Source of the DNA: an uncultured Chloroflexia bacterium
GTDB lineage: Bacteria > Chloroflexota > Dehalococcoidia > GIF9 > UBA5629
DNA: 64,000 nucleotides
Direction: 5' to 3'
Assembly (NCBI GenBank): GCA_963784375.1
Contig: CAWAQY010000021.1
Location: forward strand, 51,093-115,092
Position 1 is the first letter of the stretch. Each line of letters opens with the position of its first letter. The notes below the pieces were generated by a model that made no database searches, was not told the origin of the DNA, and saw nothing but the letters and a program-made list of their open reading frames with translations. Positions 44,685-54,503 of the stretch are shown here, in pieces. A program made the position numbers and the translations under genes.

Positions 44685-45407
44685 TTAACCTTGCCCGCAG
44701 CAAGGAACGTGCATATAAACCGTGGCTTTAGTTATAGCGCCTTTGCTATCAATAGCGGTAACGGTAACAGCAAAATCGCCGGCTGTTGTAGCAATATACT
44801 GAACTATAGGCCCTTCACCTTCAATTTTACCTTCAGTAGTTGACCATTTAAATGTTACTGGATCACCATCTACGTCTTCCGACTTGCATTCTATTTCCGT
44901 GGTGCTCCAGCGTTTGGCTTTTATCGGGCCCGTTGATTGATTAACAGTAATAGCTGGTAACCCTTTTTCCCTTACAATGAGAGTGATGAGTGGTGCGTGA
45001 TTTGGCTTAATGTTCACCACGATATTAGTTGAATCCCGGGCTTCTCCGCCTTTGCCATCGGTTACGGTAACTCCGATCGTATACGTGCCAGGTGTCTCGG
45101 GCGCAATCCATGTTACCGTATCTCCGTCTCCTACGATTTTACCGTTGTTTGCAGACCAGGCGTAAACCAGCGGGTCGCTATCTGCATCTGTAGCCACGCA
45201 GGTTAATCGTGAATTGCTGGAGGGAGATACTTGCTGCTGGGCGGTTATATAATTAATGACAGGTTTATGGTTCTCTGCGGCTGGCGGAGGAGTTGTTGGA
45301 GTTGGTGTTGGGGGCGTTGGCGTCGCGAACGAACAGCTGCTGAATAAGAGCATTGCAATAATTAGAAAAGGGATAATCCATTTAGAGTAGCCTGACCACA
45401 TTATCAT
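44685..45407 (-). CDS. Lipoprotein with two Ig/PKD-like domains and C-terminal CCG
   Basis: Lipobox-like LLFSS-C, PT linker, repeats N.P.I..C.A.D.D.DP....WS...G, end VPCCGQG*. Likely ATG at 45407. Confidence 0.7.
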   Translation of the reverse strand: MIMWSGYSKWIIPFLIIAMLLFSSCSFATPTPPTPTPTTPPPAAENHKPVINYITAQQQVSPSSNSRLTCVATDADSDPLVYAWSANNGKIVGDGDTVTWIAPETPGTYTIGVTVTDGKGGEARDSTNIVVNIKPNHAPLITLIVREKGLPAITVNQSTGPIKAKRWSTTEIECKSEDVDGDPVTFKWSTTEGKIEGEGPIVQYIATTAGDFAVTVTAIDSKGAITKATVYMHVPCCGQG

Positions 45408-45950
45408 ATTTTTAACCATCCTGGTTTCTTCCGAAAAAGCTGATAACCATTCCCGGAGATAATCACCCGGATGTAAGAAGATTATAATCACAGCCAGAAC
45501 GAAAAGTCCAATATCGTAACTCAGAGCCTGTACCGGAGTCAGTCCTCCGAATATCTTTTCCCACATCCCGAAGCAGACACACTGGGGAAATTTATCCATT
45601 CCCTGGCTGATCGACCAGATATTGTTGGTCATAAGGGCTAAGCTTAGAGGAATACAGATAATGGCCATTATTCTGGGCATAAATCCGATGAGTAAAAATA
45701 TTCCCAGAAGTAGTTCTATGGCAGGGAAAACAAATGGAATGAAAATCTCGTAGATTAAGAAAACGGTAGTAGGAGTCACGAAAGCATTGGGAAGTATATC
45801 GCCAATGAACTCCACGGTCTGGCCAGGTATTTCGCCGAATCCCATGGCTTTGCCGCTGCCAGAAGCGATAAACGTTATTCCTATAATTATGGAGGCCGCC
45901 AGGCTAACTATGTATTTGATCCAGTTCGATTTATTGAATTTTTGCTCCAT
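45404..45950 (-). CDS. MauE/DoxX family redox-associated membrane protein
   Basis: FIASGSGK, PAIELLLG, CVCFG motif. Removing one T of the T5 run (45434-45438) ends it ...RKKPGWLKI-TGA, overlapping the next ATG. Confidence 0.75.
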
Positions 45951-46087
45951 CGTATTTGACCTGCCGAATATTATAACCTACAATGAAACCCATAGCAAAG
46001 CGCACTATCGCTCTCCCGGTTAATGAATTAATCGGAACAAAAATAACTTTTTCCCTTCATACCTAATAAGATCCTAGAATTGCTACC

Positions 46088-46387
46088 ATGAATACAGGCG
46101 TCGGTATTATAAAATTGCACATTCCTGAGAGTCAGTCGCTGAAGGATAAGAGGCAGGTGCTGAAGTCTGTGGTCGCCAAACTTAAGAATCGATTTAATAT
46201 TTCAATTGCTGAAGTAGACGATAATGATCTCTGGCAGGTTGCTATGCTGGGAATCAGCTGTGTCAGCAATAACGATAAGGTTGTCGATGAGACCTTTACT
46301 AAAATTATTAATTTCATTGAAAACAACTATCCTGAAGTGGAAATAGTGAACCAGGAAATCGAAATCTTACATGGTCCCTCACTCTAA
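46088..46387 (+). CDS. DUF503 (YlxP) family protein
   Basis: SLKDKRQVLKS..RFNISIAEV..DLWQ. Confidence 0.92.
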   Translation: MNTGVGIIKLHIPESQSLKDKRQVLKSVVAKLKNRFNISIAEVDDNDLWQVAMLGISCVSNNDKVVDETFTKIINFIENNYPEVEIVNQEIEILHGPSL

Positions 46388-46405
46388 TTTTATATTTAAT
46401 TTGTC

Positions 46406-48686
46406 ATGTTCAGCGATGCATTTTTACATCATTTAACCTCCCTGCCTGATTATGAGCAGCAGATCGTTTATTCTCAGCATATTCCTCCTCAAAATGCCCG
46501 TTTTACCAAATTGGATAAGCCTCTGAACCCTTTGCTTCAGTCGAAGCTGACATGCCTGGGAATAGATGCTCTTTATAGTCATCAAGCAGCTGCTGTCAAT
46601 AACGCCCTGAACTGCAAGAACATAATTGTGGCCACTGCCAGTGCCAGCGGCAAGACGCTGTGCTACAACATACCGGTTCTCGAATCACTATCGAGTGGCC
46701 ACTTTGGGAGGGCTCTCTATCTTTTTCCTACCAAAGCCCTGTCGCAGGACCAGCTGAGAAAGGTAATCGAGTTGGCCTGTCCCGAGCTTTTAGCGCCTGG
46801 TGAATGTGCTACCTTTGATGGGGATACACCTCAGGACGAGCGCCCTCAGATCAAGAGGAAAGCCAGGATAGTGCTTACCAATCCCGATATGCTCCACGTA
46901 GGTATTTTACCCAATCATGAATCATGGTCCAAGCTGCTGGGACAACTGAAATATGTGGTTGTTGATGAAGCTCATATCTATCGCGGTGTATTCGGCTCGC
47001 ACGTAGCGCAGGTTATCAGAAGGTTACGACGGCTCTGCCGCCACTATGGCTCGTCTCCTAAATTTATCTTATGCTCGGCGACCATTGCTAATCCCGGGGA
47101 ACATGCTGAAAAACTGGTCGGCGAGACTTTTGAGGTAGTTGAAAAAGATGGTTCATCCCACGGAGGAAAATCGTTTATTTTCTGGAACCCGCCGGTTGTT
47201 GACAAGAATAAATCTGTCCGACGGAGCGCGAACAGCGAAGCTACGTTCATCCTTACTGAATTGGTACGGAAGAGTATCCGCAGCCTGGTGTTTGCCCGTA
47301 CCCGGAAGCTGGCCGAGCTCATCTGTATCTACACCCGCGATCATCTGGGTAACCCGCTTGCCGACCTGATTAAGACCTATCGGGCCGGATATCTTGCCGA
47401 AGACAGGCGGCAGATTGAGCAGGAGCTTTTCAGCGGCAAATTGCTCGGAGCCGTAACTACTACTGCTCTGGAGCTGGGGATAGATATTGGAGATTTGGAA
47501 GCTACGGTGCTCACCGGTTATCCCGGCAGCATTTCCAGCACCTGGCAGCAGGCAGGGCAGGAGTGGTCGGAGCGGTGAAAAATCTTTGAGTATTCTTATT
47601 GCCCAGGATAACCCCCTGGATCAGTATATTATCAATAATCCGGATTTTTTCTTCGGAAAGACCTTCGAAAATGCATTGATAAACCTGGATAATATCAATA
47701 TTTTAAAACCACATCTGCTCTGTGCCGCCTGGGAATCGCCTTTGAATGAGAGCGATCAAAAATATTTTGGCCCGGCACTTGCTCCGGTATTGCAGGAACT
47801 TGAAAATGAAGGGTCTATCAGAAAAGTAAAAAGCTGGTGGTATCTTTCCCCCCGCATCTCCCACCCCGCACAGAAGGTGAACATCAGGTCTTCTTCAGAC
47901 GTGTATTATGCGATCATTGATGATTCCAGAAACCACGAATTGCTGGAAACGATTGAGTCAGGCAAAGCATTTTCCCAGGTGCACCCGGGAGCTATTTATC
48001 TCCACCAGGGCGATGCCTATTTTATCAAAGAACTTGACATAGAGAAAAAGATTGCAATCGCTGTTCCTTCTCATGAACCGTATTATACCCAGATTAAAGA
48101 GCTGACGGATATAAAGATTCTAAAGACTAAATACGAGACCGAACTTCGAGATGTGAAAATTTGCTTCGGGGATGTGGAGGTTACCAGCATGGTGGTGGGT
48201 TTCAGGAAGAAAAAACAGTTTACCGAAGAGATAATCGGCGATGAGCTTCTGGATTTGCCGCCGCAGAAATTTTATACCGAAGCTTTCTGGTTTGACCTGC
48301 CGCAAAAAGAGGTCGATATGGTTGCCGAAAATCAGCTTGATTTTGCCGGTGGATTGCATGCTACAGAGCATGCTGCCATCGCTTTATTGCCCCTTTTTGC
48401 CTTATGCGACCGTAACGATATAGGTGGAGTTTCCACCCCGTTTCATCCTGACACCGGCAAAGCCCAGATCTTCATCTACGATGCTTATCCCGGCGGCATC
48501 GGCATTGCCCAAAAAGGCTTTGATATTATTCTCGAGCTATGGGCAGCAACCTTAAAAGCAATAGAAACGTGTCCCTGTCAGAGCGGCTGTCCCTCATGTA
48601 TCCAGTCTCCCAAATGCGGAAACAACAACGAACCTCTGGATAAAAAAGCAGCTGTTGTTTTGCTTAAAGGCTTGCTGGGTATTTAG
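46406..48686 (+). CDS. DEAH-box helicase with DUF1998 Zn domain (MrfA/Hrq1-like); indel near 47555
   Basis: TASGKT, PTKALSQDQ, DEAH, SATIANP, LELGIDIG, GRSGR, CPCQSGCPSC. Confidence 0.93.
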
Positions 48687-48765
48687 CTTTAGTTTACTCT
48701 TATCGCGAACCTTTTTTGTACCTTAAATTTGTGTTAAGATTTGCAGGGTTTTAGGGGGGTTACTT

Positions 48766-48869
48766 CCCTCTTCCTTGATGGAAGAGGGCTAGGGAGATGG
48801 AATACAATCTTCCCTTTCTCCCCCATGAATGGGGGATGAAGGGGGCTGAAACCCCCGATGGAAATCGGG
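48766..48869. repeat. Cluster of REP-like GC-rich hairpins
   Basis: ccctcttcc/ggaagaggg, tccccca/tggggga, ggggg/ccccc and cccgat/atcggg inverted repeats. Confidence 0.55.
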
Positions 48870-48918
48870 ACTGAATCCCATTATTATCAAAAAGGGGATC
48901 GGATTACCCTGGGGAAAA

Positions 48919-49830
48919 ATGTCAGATATAAATCAAAAAACAGATTATGCAGTTAAGCGAAGCCGCGAAAACTGGTTTGGGAAAATAACCGGCCTTTTCA
49001 ATCGACCTAAAATTGATGACGGCGTGTGGCTCGAAGTTGAGGAGCTGCTCATCGGAGCCGATGTTGGCGTGACTACTGCAGACAGGCTAATTCAGAGAGT
49101 AAAACGACGGGTCGGAGACGAAAAGCTCAGCGAAAGCGCACAGGTATGGTCTGCTTTGAAAGATGAAATGGTCAGCATGCTCAGTTTCGGCGAAAAAACC
49201 GTTTCTATTTCCAGGGACCAGCCTGTTCAACTGATTCTGGTGGTTGGAGTAAACGGTTCGGGAAAAACTACCAGTATTGCTAAACTGGCGCACTACTATA
49301 AGAGAGCGGGGAAAACAGTAATTTTAGGCGCAGCCGATACCTTCAGGGCGGCTGCCATTGATCAGCTTGAACAGTGGGGCAAACGTATTGAAGTTCAGGT
49401 GGTGGCGCATCAGCCCGGAGCTGATCCGGGTGCAGTGGTTTTTGATACTATTCAGGCGGCCCAGAACAGAAAAACACAGGTAGTTATCATTGATACGGCG
49501 GGACGTTTGCATACAAAATCCAACCTCATGGAAGAGCTCAAGAAAATACAGCGTGTTGCCGGCAAATATAACATACCTCAGGAAGTCCTGCTGGTGATGG
49601 ATGCGACGACAGGCCAGAATGGTTTATTACAGGCCAGGCATTTTACCGAAGCAGTTGGAGTGTCAGATATTTTCCTGACCAAGCTTGATGGCACTGCCCG
49701 GGGTGGTATAATGCTGGCAATTGCTGACGAACTAAAGATTCCCATTTCTTATATCGGTACGGGAGAGCAGCTTGATGACATGGTACCTTTTGAAGCAAGG
49801 GCATTTGTTGAGGCAATTTTCGCAAGCTAA
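48919..49830 (+). CDS. ftsY: Signal recognition particle receptor FtsY
   Basis: GVNGSGKTT, DTFRAAA, DTAGR, TKLDGTARGG. Confidence 0.97.
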   Translation: MSDINQKTDYAVKRSRENWFGKITGLFNRPKIDDGVWLEVEELLIGADVGVTTADRLIQRVKRRVGDEKLSESAQVWSALKDEMVSMLSFGEKTVSISRDQPVQLILVVGVNGSGKTTSIAKLAHYYKRAGKTVILGAADTFRAAAIDQLEQWGKRIEVQVVAHQPGADPGAVVFDTIQAAQNRKTQVVIIDTAGRLHTKSNLMEELKKIQRVAGKYNIPQEVLLVMDATTGQNGLLQARHFTEAVGVSDIFLTKLDGTARGGIMLAIADELKIPISYIGTGEQLDDMVPFEARAFVEAIFAS

Positions 49831-49839
49831 AGGAGCGAT

Positions 49840-50619
49840 ATGATAGAGATTGATTTATGCCCGATCGCTTTCAGTATAGGGCCTTTTGAGATAAGGTGGT
49901 ACGGTATCATGGTTGTTCTGGCAGTGGTGGCGATTATTGCGATCTCCGTTCTGGAAGCGAAGCGGGTTGGTATAGCTGAAGATCATGTTTATAACCTGGG
50001 TGTATGGGGGCTCATCGGGGGGGTACTGTTCTCCAGGGTAATCCATGTAATCGATAAATGGGATTACTACATATCTAATCCAGCACAAATATTTAACTTT
50101 GAGGGCCTGGCAGTCTATGGTGCGGTAATCGGGGTAACCATAACAATAGTAGGATACTGTCTGGTTAAAAAACTATCTATAGTGCAGCTCGCCGATGTGA
50201 TATCGCCGGGGGCGCTTGTCGGGATGGCGATAGGCAGGATCGGGTGCATTTTTAACGGCTGCTGCTACGGGTTGCCCTCCTCTTTACCCTGGGCTGTGGA
50301 GTATGAATGTCCCACCAGCTATGCGCCGCAGGGAATTCCTCTTCAACCTACCCAGGAGTACCATATAATCTGGAATTTGATCGCTTTCGGCATACTGTGG
50401 GCATTGCGCCGTCGACTTAAACCCCAGGGTTCTGTTTTCCTACTTTATCTCGCTTTTTATGCTGCCGGTGACCTGTTGATCAGAACTTTCAGGGAGGGAG
50501 ACCCGTTCCTTTTCGGTTTGCAACAGGCACAGGTGATCGGGATTATTATGCTGGTAATAGTGATACCATTGTTAGTCGTCAGGATGGTTTTGGCAAGGAA
50601 GAAATCGAAGGAAAGTTAA
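49840..50619 (+). CDS. lgt: Prolipoprotein diacylglyceryl transferase
   Basis: IRWYG, GLAVYGA, GRIGCIFNGCCYG, QPTQ.Y. Confidence 0.93.
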   Translation: MIEIDLCPIAFSIGPFEIRWYGIMVVLAVVAIIAISVLEAKRVGIAEDHVYNLGVWGLIGGVLFSRVIHVIDKWDYYISNPAQIFNFEGLAVYGAVIGVTITIVGYCLVKKLSIVQLADVISPGALVGMAIGRIGCIFNGCCYGLPSSLPWAVEYECPTSYAPQGIPLQPTQEYHIIWNLIAFGILWALRRRLKPQGSVFLLYLAFYAAGDLLIRTFREGDPFLFGLQQAQVIGIIMLVIVIPLLVVRMVLARKKSKES

Positions 50620-50630
50620 CGTAAGGCCAT

Positions 50631-52317
50631 TTATTTTGACGGCTCAAAATCAATCAGGTTAAGCCTTAGCGTTTCCTGTCCATTCCAGCGGTTTAGTTCC
50701 ACGGTATAAACCATGTCCATGCACCGTGTCATCTCGCTGGTATACCCTCCCAGGCCGAAACCCATGGCATCCCAAACTTTTCCCGATTGTTTTTTTAATT
50801 TCAATTTAAGGTGCTCGTTCTGAGTGCCGCATAAATGCTGTTCCTGGATTTCTACCCGGCGGCTCAAGAAGACGGGCAAAGGATTTCCAACGCCAAACGG
50901 CGCAAGCTGCTGTATTTTCTGATACATTTCGCCGGAAAATGAAGACAAATCTACTTCGGCATCTATATTTATGCGGGGACGCAGGTCCAGGCCATCAAGT
51001 TTTTCTCTGGCCAGGTTCGTGATGCGTTCTTGAAATGCGCTTAGATTGCCGGTCGAGACATTGAAACCTGCTGCCCTGTTATGACCTCCGAAATTATTTA
51101 GCAGGTCGCTGCACGATTCCAGTGCCGCCATCAGATTGAACTCGTCTATACTCCGGCCACTGCCTCTGGAAAACTCATGCCCTATCCTGATCAGAATTGC
51201 AGGACGGTAATACTTGTCAGATAGCCTGCCTGCAACCAAACCCATAACGCCCGGGGAATAATCCTCACCTGCGGCCAGGAGCAGCGGTTGTTCGACTCCA
51301 GCGGTAACCACTGCAAGGTTTGCTTTGTCCATTAATATATTGGTTTGCTGTAATCGTTCTATATTCTTCTTTTCTAACTCCAATGCCAGGCTATTAGCTT
51401 CCTTCGCGTTATCGGTTACCAGAGAGGCGATAGCTGGTGGTAGCATTATCGATTCTGCCTGCAGCATTGATACGGGGACCCAGAGACCAGGATATACTCT
51501 GGGCAGTGAGTTTACCGGGCTCCAGTTTGGAGCACTTCATTAGCTCTTGCAACCCGACACGTTGTGTTTTGTTGAGTAATTCCAGGCCGGATTTTACCCA
51601 ATACCGGTTTTCCCTCACCAACGGCACCATATCAGCCACAGTCCCCAGTGCCACCAGATCTACTGCCTTGTGAACTATGTCCTGCCTTGAGCCTTTATCC
51701 GGGATCAAGGCCTGAAGGAATTTGAAGGCCACCCCCACGCCGGCAAGGTCAAACAAGGGGTATGTTGAGCCGATTATCTTGGGATTCACTACAGCTGTAG
51801 CCTGCGGCAACTGCGCCGGAGGGACATGATGGTCGGTGATGATGACGTCCATGCCCATTTTGCGGGCATTCTCAACTTCGGCAATGGCGGTAATGCCGGT
51901 ATCAACGGTGATGAGAAGGCTTACGTCCTCCTCGCGCAATTTCTCAAGGACGGAGGTTCTTAGCCCATAACCTTCTGTGGAACGGCGGGGTATATAAGGG
52001 ATAACTTTTCCCCCTATTGCGGTAAGTCCCTCGGTAAGCACTGCAGTCGCGGTTATACCGTCGGCATCAAAATCGCCATAGATAGCGATTTTTTCCCCGG
52101 AATAGAGTGCCCGTTGAGTACGGATGGCTGCTTTGCCCATGTCGGGCAAAAGCAGAGGATCAGCTTCTGAGCGCTGGTCATTGCGCAGAAACAGCTCGAT
52201 TTCATAAGGATCTGTGATGCTGCGGTTTGCCAGTATCTGAGATATCAGCGGGTCGACGCCATCGGTAATGGTCGGTTTATTTGTTGTGGACAGCAAATTC
52301 CAATGAGTATGGCTCAA
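50631..52317 (-). CDS. recJ: ssDNA exonuclease RecJ; indel near 51420
   Basis: YGDFDADG, TVDTG, ITDHH, GTVAD, PRINAAGR, GSGRS, FGGH..AAG, PFGVGNP. Confidence 0.96.
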
Positions 52318-52544
52318 ACTGTTTCCTTGTCATTTTTCTTGTGATTTATACCATAACTGGTCGCTTACTTCAACTTATCATAGTGCTAATTTTCCCAAGA
52401 TTCGGGGAATAATGGGGGAAGAAAGGCTAAATTGATATCACTTTTCTTACTTTTGATAATAAACCTCCGTCTATCCTTTAATGGCAAAATTTTTCACCAG
52501 AACAAATAGGGATACGACCATGGGGCAGACGTCCTTAGAACAAG

Positions 52545-52572
52545 TTGACAAAAATTCTCTGGATGATATCAT
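52545..52572 (+). promoter_or_regulatory. sigma70 promoter of the GH3 gene
   Basis: TTGACA-16 nt-TATCAT with an extended -10 TG. Confidence 0.6.
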
Positions 52573-52625
52573 TAGGCTGACTGACTTTAGTCGTAGTACG
52601 AAATGACTATAATGCGGAGGTAGTT

Positions 52626-54263
52626 GTGTACGAAATCAGGGAATTGCTAAAGCAAGGCAAGAATGCAGAACTATGGCAAATGTGCTGCGGTTTTCTTGAT
52701 TTAAGCCTGGATCAGTTTATGGCGATCCAGAAACAACTCCTCATTGAGCAAATCGAACTATTAAACCACTCCGAACTCGGCAGAAAAGTAATGCGCGGCT
52801 CTATGCCCTCTACCATAGAGGAATTCAGATCACAGGTCCCCTTTACCACCTATAAAGATTATTGTCCTGAACTTCTGGAAAAAAGAGAGACAGGTTTGCC
52901 CGCAAAGCCGGTTCGCTGGATGCATACCTCAGGAAAATCAGGAGAATATCCTTTCAAATGGATACCGGTTAGCCAGAGAGCCTGGGAGGAATTGTCACCG
53001 GTTATATGTGCGGGAAGAATTCTTGCAGCTTGTAAAAACAAGGGGGAGGTCAATTTAAAGTTAAAAGCCAAGTTGTTATTTGCTACAGCGCCGGCTCCTT
53101 ATATGACGGGTGTTATCGCCTGTAAAATGGAAGAGGAATTCGGTTTCAGATATTTCCCCTCACCTCAGGATTCCGAACAGATGTCATTTACGGAAAGGTT
53201 GGATAAAGGGTTCTGGCAAGCTCTTTCTGAAGGAATAGACGGTTTTTATGGCCTACCCAGTGTACTTCTGGCAATCGGTGAAAGATTCAAAGAGGGTGCT
53301 GGAAGTGTAAAGATATCCAAACTCCTGCTGCGACCTAAAGCGTTTCTCCGTTTAGCCAGAGGATTTGCCAGGGCCAGGAGAGCCAAGCGAACCATGCTTC
53401 CCAGGGATCTATGGAAGCTAAAGGCGATATCATCTGCAGGCACAGACAGCATCATTTACAGAAAAAAGATTGAAGATTTGTGGGGTGCTCCTCCTTTCGA
53501 TATTTACGGAGGAACTGAAACCCTCATAGTTGCCATGCAAACCTGGGATCGTACGTCCATGTCATTTATACCCAACCTCAATTTCTTTGAATTCATTCCG
53601 GAAGCGGAACATTTCAAATGGCAGCTTGACCCCTCATACCAACCGAAGACCGTGTTGCTCGACGAGGTTAAAGCAGGTGAAAATTACGAGATAGTCATTA
53701 CTAATTTCCATGGAGGGGCTCTGGTTCGCTTTAGAGTTGGTGATATGATCAAGATAGTATCGCTGGAAAATGAACCTCTTGGTATAAAAATACCCCAGAT
53801 GGCTTTCGAAAGGCGCGCCGATGACCTCATTGACCTTGGCTTGATGCGTCTAACTGAAAAAATAATATGGCAAGCTATTGAAAATAGCGGGGTACCCTAT
53901 CGTGACTGGACTGCACGGAAAGAAATTAGTGAAGGAAATCCGACTCTCCATCTCTACCTGGAAACTAAAGATATTTATAATGGCAATGAGCATGATGTCG
54001 CTATTGCGATTTTTGAACAGCTTCGGAAACTCGATGATGGTTTTATCCATAAGGACCTGACCACCATAGAAAAACTAATCAATCTTAAACCGATAAAAGT
54101 CACCCTGCTTAAAGCGGGAGCTTTTACAAACTACACAGAAAAGCGGCAGGCAGAGGGAGCGGATTTGGCTCATCTGAAACCACCACACTTAAATCCTACG
54201 GACAAGATTCTCATGCTACTAGGTTCACAAAGGGTTAAAGAGCCAGTTCAGTTCGAAAATTAA
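52626..54263 (+). CDS. GH3-family (auxin-responsive-like) acyl-adenylate/amide ligase
   Basis: VPFTTYKDY, TSGKSG..KWIP, IYGGTE, FFEFIP, YEIVITNF.GG.LVRFRVGD; GGAGG RBS. Confidence 0.85.
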   Translation: MYEIRELLKQGKNAELWQMCCGFLDLSLDQFMAIQKQLLIEQIELLNHSELGRKVMRGSMPSTIEEFRSQVPFTTYKDYCPELLEKRETGLPAKPVRWMHTSGKSGEYPFKWIPVSQRAWEELSPVICAGRILAACKNKGEVNLKLKAKLLFATAPAPYMTGVIACKMEEEFGFRYFPSPQDSEQMSFTERLDKGFWQALSEGIDGFYGLPSVLLAIGERFKEGAGSVKISKLLLRPKAFLRLARGFARARRAKRTMLPRDLWKLKAISSAGTDSIIYRKKIEDLWGAPPFDIYGGTETLIVAMQTWDRTSMSFIPNLNFFEFIPEAEHFKWQLDPSYQPKTVLLDEVKAGENYEIVITNFHGGALVRFRVGDMIKIVSLENEPLGIKIPQMAFERRADDLIDLGLMRLTEKIIWQAIENSGVPYRDWTARKEISEGNPTLHLYLETKDIYNGNEHDVAIAIFEQLRKLDDGFIHKDLTTIEKLINLKPIKVTLLKAGAFTNYTEKRQAEGADLAHLKPPHLNPTDKILMLLGSQRVKEPVQFEN

Positions 54264-54503
54264 TACCGGAAACATAACGAAGCAGCTCCTCTAACCTTTA
54301 AAGATAATTAATACCTGCGTACGGTCAAACAAAAAGCAAGCCTTTGTTCAATCTTTGATAAAATCGGATATTCCTTATTTTACCGCTTTTTCTCCTTAAT
54401 ATTTACTCCCTTTTTACTCGATATTTACCATATTTTTTACTATTTCCTGTTATATTTTCTATAAATAAGAACACATTAAAAAACAACTGGAAACATAACT
54501 ACT

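Noticed and set aside
44685-45950. Novel MauE-Ig domain fusion
   Set aside because: An internal lipoprotein signal, and an ATGA overlap that appears after removing one T from a T5 run, indicate two genes.
48690-48918. SRP RNA (ffs) next to ftsY
   Set aside because: No SRP domain IV motif (CAGG..GNRA..AGCAG) seen on either strand.
54264-54503. c-di-GMP riboswitch upstream of the GGDEF/HD-GYP gene
   Set aside because: No GGCAAA..GNRA..GACGCAAAG class I signature seen.
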